DNA of 64,000 nt. It comes from Candidatus Sericytochromatia bacterium (GTDB taxonomy: Bacteria; Cyanobacteriota; Sericytochromatia; S15B-MN24; VGJW01). Where the stretch lies: assembly GCA_035285865.1 (NCBI GenBank), contig JAYKHS010000014.1:64001-128000 (forward strand). The letters are read 5' to 3'. Positions within the stretch are counted from its first letter, which is position 1, and each line of letters opens with the position of its first letter. The position numbers were made by a program, and so were the translations under genes. This document shows, piece by piece, positions 8,999-16,851 of this stretch. The notes under the pieces were generated by a model, which worked only from the letters and a program-made list of their open reading frames with translations, was not told the DNA's origin and did no database searches.

Positions 8999-9259
8999 TC
9001 AGGCCCCGGCCTCCAGCAGCGGCACCACTTCGAGCAGGTCTCCGCTCTGGACGCCGCAGGGCCCGAGCGCACCTTGCGCGGGCAACTGTCGGCCAAGGCG
9101 GACGCAACGCAGCATGAAGTCGGTGTCGCGCGGCAGGCGCCAGTTCTGACGGCTGGCCTCGATCAGCTCCTCGACCGTGTAGTCGATGGGCAGCCGGACT
9201 TCGGCCTGCCGCGACTTGTCGAGGGTCCGAATGGTCACGGCAATCACGTCGTCGTCCAC
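8999..9259 (-). CDS. ubiquitin-like beta-grasp protein (EsaB/YukD-like, 86 aa)
   Basis: IAVTIRTLD...EVRLPIDYTVEELI...LGPCGVQSGDLLEVVPLLEAGA; AGGAGG SD before GTG; lies between E1 and E2. Confidence 0.8.
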   Translation of the reverse strand: MDDDVIAVTIRTLDKSRQAEVRLPIDYTVEELIEASRQNWRLPRDTDFMLRCVRLGRQLPAQGALGPCGVQSGDLLEVVPLLEAGA

Positions 9260-9263
9260 GGAT

Positions 9264-10406
9264 TCATTCCTCCTGAATCCATGATGCCCCACAGGCGACC
9301 CACTGCGTCGTCAGATCCGCGATGCCGATCACGTGACCGGCAACCAGGCCCCACTCCGCAAGAGTGCGGTCCCGGTTCGGGGTCGTACCGTCGATGGCCT
9401 CGAGGGTCGTGACCCAGCGCTCCTCGTGGCATCCCGGGCAGGCTGCATCCCGTCGGGAAACCCGCGCCACCGGAGCCAGCACGGCCTCTTCGGTGGCACA
9501 TGTCCTGCACTCTAGGCTCACGGCCACCGCGAAGGGCAGCAGGATGCGCCGGTCCGCGTGACCGGCCAGCAGGTCCGTCGGCCGGATGGCCTCGGGTGCC
9601 GGTCCCTGCGCGAGGTCCGGCAGGCATCCGTGCTCGGGGCAGGACTCGGTTTCGGGCAGCAGGTCCTCGAGAAGGACGGGCGGATGGAGTTGTAGGGTCC
9701 GGCGCGTGCCCGCCGCCATCGGGGTCCATGTCGGAAACGCGAGGGCCAGGACCTGGTCCACCAGCATGGCTCCGGCCAGGGAGGCCGTCACGGCAGTGGT
9801 GGGCACGGCCGTTCCCGAGGATTCGCGCAGCAGACCGGCACAACTGCGGGACGCCTGCAGGCGGCGTTGCATGCCGGGGGTCATGCCGCAGGCGTAGCAG
9901 GCACCTGTCGTCCCGTCCCCGTAGCGGCTGACCTGGCACGCCTCGGCAGACAGCCCTCCGTCCAGATAGGGCACGCCCGCCCGCAGGCAGAGGCGGTTCA
10001 GGGCAAGGCGCGCTCCGACGGAGTCGAGGCAGCCGATGACTGCGTCGGCCTTTCGGACCGTCGCGATGCCGAGGTCTGTCCCCACGTCCCCGATCACCGC
10101 CTCCACATGCAGGCCGGGAGACAGTTCGCGCAGGCGTTCGGCCGCGACGAGGGCCTTTGGGCGGCCGAGATCGTCCGTGCGGAAAAGCACCGAGCGCACC
10201 AGGTTGCTGGCCTCGATGCGATCGCGGTCGAGGACGAGCACCTGCCCCACCCCGACCAGGGCCAGACCCTTCAGAACCTCGTTGCCGAGCGCTCCCGCAC
10301 CCGCCACGATGATCCGGGTCCGGGCCAGTCGCTCCGTGTCCCAGCCGGAAATCAGGCGATGGCGGGCGTGTCGGTCCCGCTCCGGCAGGGGGAAGGCGTC
10401 GCTCAC
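9264..10406 (-). CDS. ThiF/E1-like ubiquitin-activating enzyme
   Basis: GAGALGNE, DRDRIEASNLVRSVLF, CLDSVGAR, CYAC, SC (putative catalytic Cys), CPEH, extra CRTC/CPGC ribbon, TLAEWGL C-terminal domain. Confidence 0.9.
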   Translation of the reverse strand: MSDAFPLPERDRHARHRLISGWDTERLARTRIIVAGAGALGNEVLKGLALVGVGQVLVLDRDRIEASNLVRSVLFRTDDLGRPKALVAAERLRELSPGLHVEAVIGDVGTDLGIATVRKADAVIGCLDSVGARLALNRLCLRAGVPYLDGGLSAEACQVSRYGDGTTGACYACGMTPGMQRRLQASRSCAGLLRESSGTAVPTTAVTASLAGAMLVDQVLALAFPTWTPMAAGTRRTLQLHPPVLLEDLLPETESCPEHGCLPDLAQGPAPEAIRPTDLLAGHADRRILLPFAVAVSLECRTCATEEAVLAPVARVSRRDAACPGCHEERWVTTLEAIDGTTPNRDRTLAEWGLVAGHVIGIADLTTQWVACGASWIQEE

Positions 10407-11068
10407 GCGTCACCCGCTCCGTTCAGCGTGATCTGCTCGGGCGACTTGGGCAGGATCTCGAGCCCGTATGCGGGATGATCCCGCAGCAGTCCGCGGACCC
10501 GGACGTACCGGCCGACCCAGTCCTCGAACCGGTGTCCGGCCTGCTCCCAGCGCTCGAGGTCTCCGCTGAACACGACCAGTTTGAAACCGTCGAAGGGATT
10601 TCTGCTGGCGTGGAACTTGATGAAGTGGGTGCCGGTGGCCCGCGAGACCTGATGACCCAGCACCCGCCCCTCGAAGACCACGACGGTGTTGGCATGGCCC
10701 TCGAGGTCCGAGAGGCCCAGCACGCGCTCGGCCTGCCGATCCCCCGCGACGAGTGCCACCTGCCCGGGTTGGCCCAGTACCTGCCAGGACATGCCCGAGG
10801 TCTGCCGGCAGTTGACGCAGGCACCCGCATTGTGGGTCTGGAGGAAGGTCCACGAACTGGGGTGGTAGCCGGTCTGGCAGTGGGTGCACAGGACGATGCG
10901 GGCCCCGGGGACAAGCGGTGTCCCGTCGAGGGGATCGTGTGCCGTGCCGCCGGATTGCCCGAAGCTCACGGGCCGCGCGGGCTCGGGTCCTTCCTCGCCG
11001 GGTTCCGGCGGGGCACCGTTGTCCCGCCATTCGAGCGGGCGTCGCCCCCTAGAGGGTGGGGACGTCAT
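10403..11068 (-). CDS. RING/PHD-like zinc finger plus OB-fold protein (candidate E3)
   Basis: DPLDG..L..G..IVLCTHCQTGYHPSSW...GACVNC, then OB-like VVVFEGRV...FKLVVF...WVGRYVRVRG...LEI. Confidence 0.65.
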   Translation of the reverse strand: MTSPPSRGRRPLEWRDNGAPPEPGEEGPEPARPVSFGQSGGTAHDPLDGTPLVPGARIVLCTHCQTGYHPSSWTFLQTHNAGACVNCRQTSGMSWQVLGQPGQVALVAGDRQAERVLGLSDLEGHANTVVVFEGRVLGHQVSRATGTHFIKFHASRNPFDGFKLVVFSGDLERWEQAGHRFEDWVGRYVRVRGLLRDHPAYGLEILPKSPEQITLNGAGDA

Positions 11069-11540
11069 GTCGCCAGCCTTCGCGCCAGTCGGGCAGGTTC
11101 GGGCGACCGTCGACCGTCAGCGCGATCCCGGTGTCCCCCAGCAACTCGACGGTGATCGGTTGGTCCTGCTCCTTGCCCTGGAGCAGGTCGGCACGGACCC
11201 AGAAGGCACTGCCCCCCAGTTGCAGGGAGACCCAGCCTTCGAGCGTATCGCTTCCGCCAAGCTTCCCCATGACGCAGCGCACCTTGCCGCGGCCCAGATC
11301 TCCCTGAATGACGGAACGGCGCGCTTCGATGCGGCGCCAGGCCCACCAGGAGGGGATCAGGGCAAGCACCCCGGGGAAGAGCCATCCGGGCTCGCGTGAC
11401 CAGGCGGCCGCGCAAGCAGGCAGCAAGGTCGGCAACCACGCCGCACGGCCGGCCCACCGGAGCCAGGTCATTCGTTGGCGCAGGTGGCGCCGCTCCTCGT
11501 TCGTCAGGCTGCGCTGCGAGGTGAGGAATGCCGCCTTCAC
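11049..11540 (-). CDS. hypothetical membrane protein (1-2 TM)
   Basis: hydrophobic AAWLPTLLPACAAAW and WLFPGVLALIPSWWAW; GTGA overlap with the upstream gene. Confidence 0.6.
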   Translation of the reverse strand: MKAAFLTSQRSLTNEERRHLRQRMTWLRWAGRAAWLPTLLPACAAAWSREPGWLFPGVLALIPSWWAWRRIEARRSVIQGDLGRGKVRCVMGKLGGSDTLEGWVSLQLGGSAFWVRADLLQGKEQDQPITVELLGDTGIALTVDGRPNLPDWREGWRHDVPTL

Positions 11541-12220
11541 GGCAACAGGCCCTCGGCACGGCACGCTTCGATGAAGCGCGTGGCACGGCCCGGATCAGGG
11601 AACGCCATGCGTCGGGTCAGGGCAGGCTCTGCGCTCTGGCCGGACTCGACCATGCCACAGCGCCTGTAGAAGAGGTCCGAGCCCGATTTCAGCAACGCGT
11701 CCAGCACCAGGGCTGCCTCGAGGCGCGAGGCCTCGTAGAGGGAGGCGACAAGCAGGAGCTTGCCGATGCCCTTCAGCGGCGAACCCGGCAGGCGCTCGAG
11801 GTATCGGACCTCGAGCACGGGCACCGGGCCACTGCGGTCCATCCCGACGGCGACTCCACCCACGATGCGCCGGGCCGTACCGCCGGGGTCGAGCAACTCG
11901 ACGACCATCAGGCTCGAGGCCTTGCCGAAATCCACGTGGCCCTTGACGTCGCGTCCCGACGCGCGGCCGAGGGCCAGCCCGACCCAGTCGAACCAGGTGG
12001 GCTCCGGCCAACGTGCGAAGACCTGCGCGTCCTCCGGTCGGCCCCTGCGGATGACCACAGGTACGGGCACACCGTCCGGGCCTGTCAGCGCGGCCATCTC
12101 GATCAGCCCCGCAGGGCGTGCCTGGCCGATCAGCGATCCGGTCGACGTGCGTTCGCCGGGACGCCCCGGTCCCTTGGCCTTCCGGGACTTCCGGCGCTTG
12201 AAGAGCCTGGAGAGCCACAT
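11537..12220 (-). CDS. GNAT-family acetyltransferase-like protein
   Basis: LEVRYLER...KGIGKLLL (motif A-like) and LFYRRCGM (motif B-like). Confidence 0.65.
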   Translation of the reverse strand: MWLSRLFKRRKSRKAKGPGRPGERTSTGSLIGQARPAGLIEMAALTGPDGVPVPVVIRRGRPEDAQVFARWPEPTWFDWVGLALGRASGRDVKGHVDFGKASSLMVVELLDPGGTARRIVGGVAVGMDRSGPVPVLEVRYLERLPGSPLKGIGKLLLVASLYEASRLEAALVLDALLKSGSDLFYRRCGMVESGQSAEPALTRRMAFPDPGRATRFIEACRAEGLLP

Positions 12221-12226
12221 GCCTTC

Positions 12227-12232
12227 ATCCTA
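12227..12232 (-). promoter_or_regulatory. candidate -10 box (TAGGAT) 6 nt before the first ATG of the ubiquitin-like operon
   Basis: TANNNT-N6-ATG geometry typical of leaderless transcripts. Confidence 0.35.
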
Positions 12233-12275
12233 CCGCACGGAAACCCGCCGGGGACTTGGGCAGAAAGGCCGGTCC

Positions 12276-12284
12276 TGATACGAT
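12276..12284 (+). promoter_or_regulatory. extended -10 candidate TGATACGAT
   Basis: TGnTAnnnT upstream of AGGAG and ATG 12314. Confidence 0.4.
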
Positions 12285-12313
12285 CGCAACGTCCCAGTCA
12301 AAGGAGTCCGGGC

Positions 12314-12907
12314 ATGCTTCTGGCCGCTACCCTGGCGTCTGCCATGCAGATGCCCTTCTTGACCGACCTGCTCGAGGGCTTCAGTCCCGCGCCGGATCCG
12401 GACGGAGAGGGCATCGTCGTGCGCATCCGTGACACGGAGCGGGATTCCATGAAGATCGTCCAGGGCCAGATCAACGCACCGGTCCCCCCTGCGGTGCTCT
12501 GGAGCGTCATCACCGACTACGAGGCCTATCCGCGAATCTTCGACCGATATCGGAAGATGGAGATCCTCGAGAAATCGGGGAGCTGGGAACTGCATCGGTC
12601 CGAGGTCGATTATCCGATCTTCGGTTCGCGCTGGGTCTCCAACGTGCTCCAGCACGATCGGCCCGGCTTGAAGATCCGCTTCCAGCGCGCCGAGGGCACC
12701 ATCAAGCAGGTCGAGGGCGTCTGGACCTTGAAGGAGACGGCCCCGGGACGTTCGATGATGCGTTACGCGGTGCGTTTGGACCCGGGCCTGCCTTTCGTCC
12801 CGAGCTGGGTCGTCACTTGGGGGACCCAGACGATGATGCCCTCCATCCTGCGTTCGGTGGCCAACGAGGCCGTCAAGCGCCACCGCGCGACCGCCAAGGC
12901 CAGCTGA
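12314..12907 (+). CDS. SRPBCC/START-like (polyketide cyclase/CoQ-binding) family protein
   Basis: INAPVPPAVLWSVITDYEAYP...IRFQRAEGTIKQVEGVWTL...RYAVRLDPGLPFVPSW. Confidence 0.8.
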   Translation: MLLAATLASAMQMPFLTDLLEGFSPAPDPDGEGIVVRIRDTERDSMKIVQGQINAPVPPAVLWSVITDYEAYPRIFDRYRKMEILEKSGSWELHRSEVDYPIFGSRWVSNVLQHDRPGLKIRFQRAEGTIKQVEGVWTLKETAPGRSMMRYAVRLDPGLPFVPSWVVTWGTQTMMPSILRSVANEAVKRHRATAKAS

Positions 12908-13691
12908 GTCGGATCCAGCGGGCCAGCGACCGACCGCCGCCGCCGCCGTGGCGGATGCGCAGGTCGTGCAGCCGGTTGACCGAAGGCAGCGCGGGGCGGC
13001 CCTTGCCATCAAGGAAAGCCGCATCCAGCGCGTCGGCCTGCCAGCGGCAGGCATAGGCTTCGATGTCCTTGCGCCAGGCGTCGCGCACGGCGTAAGAGCC
13101 GTAGGTCCTGCACAGCAGGGGGCGGACGGGGTGGATGCTGCAGCGGTCGTCCTCGAGGAACGGGCACGACAGGTTCAGTGCTCCGGGCCGCAGATGCAGG
13201 TTCCACGGCAGCCGCATCACGCGTTCCGCCAACCACAAGGCAAGTCCATGGGGGCCGTGAGTCCTCCGGTATCGTGCAGCGAAGCGGTGCCGTGCCGCGT
13301 CGTCCCAGTTGGCCTCGACCCAGTCGCGGATGGCCTCCCACTCCCGGGGCAACACGAGGAAGTAGGCGGTCGGGTACGTGCAGCAGCCACTGCAGCCCTC
13401 CCGGCAGCGACTTTCGGGGTAGGCCGCGGCCACCCCCGCCGAAATCCTGTCGGCTAGCCGGTAGAGCGCTTGCAAGGCACGGGAGGGACGCCAGCCAGGT
13501 GCCTCGAGCGCATTCATCTCCAGCCGCGCCTCTCCCAAGGCACGGGCCAGCGGAGCGAATTCGGGCCTTCCTCCCAGCATCGGCAGCGGCAGGTAGGTGG
13601 CCGGAGGGGCCTTGGCACGCTCGCGAACGAGTATCTCCCCGAAGGACGCGTCGCTGTCGGAGTTCTGCGGGAATTCGAAGTCGGAATTCAT
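12873..13691 (-). CDS. YkgJ-family cysteine-cluster protein
   Basis: CREGCSGCC, CPFLEDDRCSIHPVRPLLCRTYG. Confidence 0.85.
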   Translation of the reverse strand: MNSDFEFPQNSDSDASFGEILVRERAKAPPATYLPLPMLGGRPEFAPLARALGEARLEMNALEAPGWRPSRALQALYRLADRISAGVAAAYPESRCREGCSGCCTYPTAYFLVLPREWEAIRDWVEANWDDAARHRFAARYRRTHGPHGLALWLAERVMRLPWNLHLRPGALNLSCPFLEDDRCSIHPVRPLLCRTYGSYAVRDAWRKDIEAYACRWQADALDAAFLDGKGRPALPSVNRLHDLRIRHGGGGGRSLARWIRLSWPWRSRGGA

Positions 13692-13735
13692 CTGGTCTTT
13701 ACCGGATTCGGTCAGGGTTGGCCGATGACCATGGC

Positions 13736-15721
13736 ATGGTCCGTTCTGCCTCGCCCGCGAGGCCATGGTACGCCCCCGCCCGCGCCGGTGGGCTCGTGGC
13801 CATGTTCGCGCTGTCGGCCTGCACCCGCGGGGTGCCGGGCACGGTGCCTGCCGCGTGGCCTGCTGCGGCGCGGGTCGCGCCCCTCGCGCAGGGTGAGCGG
13901 GAACTGGTCCTCGAGCTGGTCGCGTCCTTGCCGCAGGCCGAACCCGAGGCCGTGCGCGCGCTGGGCGGCACGGCTGCGGGCCGTGAGGTTCTGGTCCAGT
14001 TCGCGGACGGACGCCTGCACGACCTTCCCGGAGCCGTCCGGGTGGCTCCGAGCCTTGTGCCGGGGCTGGGGCGCTATCGCCTCTCCGCGGCTCTGGATGC
14101 CGCCACGATGCAACGGTGGGGAGCGTCCGCGCCGCTGGCCTATGCAGAGCCGGTGCATCGCCTTTCCATCACCGGAAGCCGTGTGCAGGCTGCCGCGCAG
14201 CGCGTCGGGCCCAACGATCCCGGTCTGAATACCGCCTGGGGCTATGCCCGGGTGGGCGGAGGCGAGCTCTGGGCGCGTGGCGTACGGCCACAGAGTCCGG
14301 TGATCGTCGCCGTGGTCGACACCGGCGTGGATGCCGCGCATGAGGATCTCAAGGGTGTGGTGCTGGCGGGGCGGAACCTGGTCCAGCCCGGGCAGGCGCC
14401 TTACGACAAGCATGGCCATGGCACGCACTGCGCCGGAGTCATTGCCGCGCTGGCCGACAACGGCAAGGGAATCGCCGGTGTGGCCGCGGGTGTCCGCATC
14501 ATGCCGATCAAGGCTCTCGGGGATGACGGGTCCGGCGAGGACCCGGTGCTGGTCGATGCAATCGAGGCCGCCGTCAGCGGCGGTGCCAAGGTCATCAGCA
14601 TGTCTCTGGGTACCGACCAGGACCTGATCTCGGTCCGTCGCGCGATTCAGTCGGCGGTTGCCAAGGGCGTGGTCATCGTGTCTTCGTCCGGCAACCAGGG
14701 AGCCGAGCAGGCGCTCTACCCGGCCCGCTACCCGGAAGTCATCGCCGTAGGCGCCACCGACCTCGACGACATGCGGGCCACCTTCTCGAACGACGATCGC
14801 AACGTCCGTCTCACGGCACCGGGTGTCGTCATCCGCTCCACGGTCCCCGGGGGGTACGACTACATGTCGGGTACCAGCATGGCGGCTCCACACGTCTCGG
14901 CGGCCTTTGCCTTCATGGCGAGCCTCCGTCCCGACATGAGTCCGTCCGCCGTGATGGACCTGCTGGTCAGGACAGGGGCTCGGGTTTCGGGGTTCTCGCA
15001 CAAGGCCGTGGGTCTGGATCTGCTGCGTGCGGCCCATGAAGCCGGCCTGCCCGTCGGCGCCCTGCCGACTCCGGATCCGAATGCTCCGACGCCCGGACCC
15101 GATCCGGATCCCGGACCCGATCTGCCTCCCGGCGATGATCCCGCGACGCCTCCACCCGGGTCCGGCGGTAGCGTGCCCATGCCCGACTGGGGTGACGTCG
15201 CCCTGCCCGGCTTCGGCGGGGGTGGTTCGGGCCCGGCACCCGGCCCCTCGGCCGCTCCGGTCCCGGGCGTGGGAGCCCCCGGCTTCGACTGGGTTCCGCT
15301 GCCGTCCTTCGGTGGCAACCCCACATCCGGCGCTTCCGATCGCCAGGCCACTGTGCCGGCGGCAGAGGCGCTCTCGGACCTCGACCGGGGCCGTGCGGCT
15401 CTGCTCGACGTCTTCGCCTCCCGCACGGATCTGGAGGCCTTCGATGCCGAAGCGGCGCGCCTCGCACGGGTCGGGGCGCTGGCACCGGGCTCCACTCAGA
15501 AGGCCGTCATCCGCGATCTGCAGAAGGCCCTCCGCCTGCAAGGGGCGGCCGTGCGCGAGTCCGGCAGTTTCGACGAGGCGACGGCAGCTGCAGTCGTCGC
15601 CTGGAAGCGGCAGCACGGGCTCCATGAGCCGTTCCGGGATGCCCGGGGCGAATGGGCCGTTCGGCCGAGCGTGGACCTGGACCTCTTCGGCCGCATCGTC
15701 CTGGCGTCCGTAGGCAATTAG
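13736..15721 (+). CDS. S8 subtilisin-like serine protease lipoprotein with Pro-rich linker and putative peptidoglycan-binding C-terminus
   Basis: lipobox LSAC; VAVVDTG, HGHGTHCAG, SSGN, SGTSMAAPH; IRDLQKAL...GSFDEATAAAVVAWKRQHGL. Confidence 0.9.
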   Translation: MVRSASPARPWYAPARAGGLVAMFALSACTRGVPGTVPAAWPAAARVAPLAQGERELVLELVASLPQAEPEAVRALGGTAAGREVLVQFADGRLHDLPGAVRVAPSLVPGLGRYRLSAALDAATMQRWGASAPLAYAEPVHRLSITGSRVQAAAQRVGPNDPGLNTAWGYARVGGGELWARGVRPQSPVIVAVVDTGVDAAHEDLKGVVLAGRNLVQPGQAPYDKHGHGTHCAGVIAALADNGKGIAGVAAGVRIMPIKALGDDGSGEDPVLVDAIEAAVSGGAKVISMSLGTDQDLISVRRAIQSAVAKGVVIVSSSGNQGAEQALYPARYPEVIAVGATDLDDMRATFSNDDRNVRLTAPGVVIRSTVPGGYDYMSGTSMAAPHVSAAFAFMASLRPDMSPSAVMDLLVRTGARVSGFSHKAVGLDLLRAAHEAGLPVGALPTPDPNAPTPGPDPDPGPDLPPGDDPATPPPGSGGSVPMPDWGDVALPGFGGGGSGPAPGPSAAPVPGVGAPGFDWVPLPSFGGNPTSGASDRQATVPAAEALSDLDRGRAALLDVFASRTDLEAFDAEAARLARVGALAPGSTQKAVIRDLQKALRLQGAAVRESGSFDEATAAAVVAWKRQHGLHEPFRDARGEWAVRPSVDLDLFGRIVLASVGN

Positions 15722-15730
15722 TCGGAGGCG

Positions 15731-16042
15731 ATGGTGGCGCCCCGTCGGCTCGACTTTCTTCTGGAGCTAGCCCCGGGCGGAGATGCGCGCGCCCCCGGCG
15801 GAGCCGTCACGTGCGCGCTCTGTGGCCACTGGGATCACCCGCCCCCTTGCCGCTGGCCCCATGAGACCCGGACGGAGGTCCGCGAGTCAGGTCTCGCGGT
15901 CACGGTCACGGTGACGTGCCCGGATGCCGAGTGGCCCGAGGTCGCGGAACGCGTCCGCTCCGCACTTGTCAGGGGCGAGCAGGCGGGTCCCGACGGCCGT
16001 ATGTCCTGCTGGGCCGTGGTTGCGGAGTCCTCGGAACAATAG
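15731..16042 (+). CDS. hypothetical protein (103 aa)
   Basis: GGAGG SD; PGGAVTCALCGHWDHPPPCRWPH Cys/His cluster. Confidence 0.7.
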   Translation: MVAPRRLDFLLELAPGGDARAPGGAVTCALCGHWDHPPPCRWPHETRTEVRESGLAVTVTVTCPDAEWPEVAERVRSALVRGEQAGPDGRMSCWAVVAESSEQ

Positions 16043-16140
16043 ATCTGCAAGTGCCGCGTGCCCGAGATCAAGTGGCAACTCAGGGCGCTGTAGTCCAGCA
16101 ACCTTGGTCACGTCACCAGTGCCTTGATGATTGCATGGCT

Positions 16141-16641
16141 CTATCGTCGGTCCAGTTTCTCAAAGCGGTGGCGTTGCCAAGGCTTGAATTTCAAATGCTC
16201 TTCGTCCAGCCTTCTGTTCACTGAATTCAGTGCGTCATTGATGTAATTTTCAAGCTCAGAGAATTTTTTTTGCGAAATTATTTTCTGTGTTGGGGAAAGG
16301 TTGTCGAACTTCTTATAATAAGGATTCGCTAGCTCGTAAAATCTGATACCATACCAAGATCTTTTGAGCTTTACTGCGTTAAAGGTCTCAAAGGTGCTCG
16401 GATATTGAGCCAGGAGGTCTTCTACTTGTGGCTTCAGTTCGCTTATGGCGTTATCGAAGATTGTCTTGCTGCTTCTTGTTCTAGGTGAACGATTTGCTTG
16501 AGTTGCCACGGGCGGGTCTACAAAGGTTGTGGTCTTTGCTGCCTCGCACCCTTTCGGCCCTACATTCAAGGCGATTGCAAGCAACACGCACTTCGTGACA
16601 TCATTCCCAAGCGCGTTCTTCATGTAGTCAAGAATCCCCAC
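16141..16641 (-). CDS. low-GC orphan protein (166 aa)
   Basis: 500-nt open frame in AT-rich DNA where chance ORFs are short; start may be ATG 16623. Confidence 0.6.
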   Translation of the reverse strand: MGILDYMKNALGNDVTKCVLLAIALNVGPKGCEAAKTTTFVDPPVATQANRSPRTRSSKTIFDNAISELKPQVEDLLAQYPSTFETFNAVKLKRSWYGIRFYELANPYYKKFDNLSPTQKIISQKKFSELENYINDALNSVNRRLDEEHLKFKPWQRHRFEKLDRR

Positions 16642-16661
16642 TTCAGTTCAAGGATAGGTCG

Positions 16662-16699
16662 AATTGCTGCATTTGAGCAATTTGATCATTCGATGATCA
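16662..16699. promoter_or_regulatory. two abutting palindromes AATTGCT-N7-AGCAATT and TGATCAT-N3-ATGATCA
   Basis: read directly; between the low-GC orphan and metH. Confidence 0.45.
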
Positions 16700-16851
16700 T
16701 GGAAGACCATTGGTGGGTCTGTGATGGCGAAAGGCAGGCCGGACTCGTCTCGAGGTACTTGATCGGTTGCTCACCTGCTCGGATCGATGGGCCGCGCGCC
16801 GTGTAGGATCATCCCCATCCCTCGACAGGAAGGCATGCCGGCTAGCCTCTG

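Noticed and set aside
9264..10406. ThiF/MoeB for thiamine or molybdopterin synthesis
   Set aside because: Neighbours are E2, JAB and a non-GG Ubl; no thi or moa genes; extra C-terminal domain
15060..15270. Short tandem repeats (CCGGATCC-like) as a possible CRISPR or VNTR
   Set aside because: They encode the Pro-Asp linker of the protease; no constant repeat-spacer period
16043..16140. Integron attC downstream of the low-GC gene
   Set aside because: No RYYYAAC...GTTRRRY pair in the right orientation
16642..16851. SAM or cobalamin riboswitch before metH
   Set aside because: Core consensus elements not recognisable; needs Infernal to exclude fully
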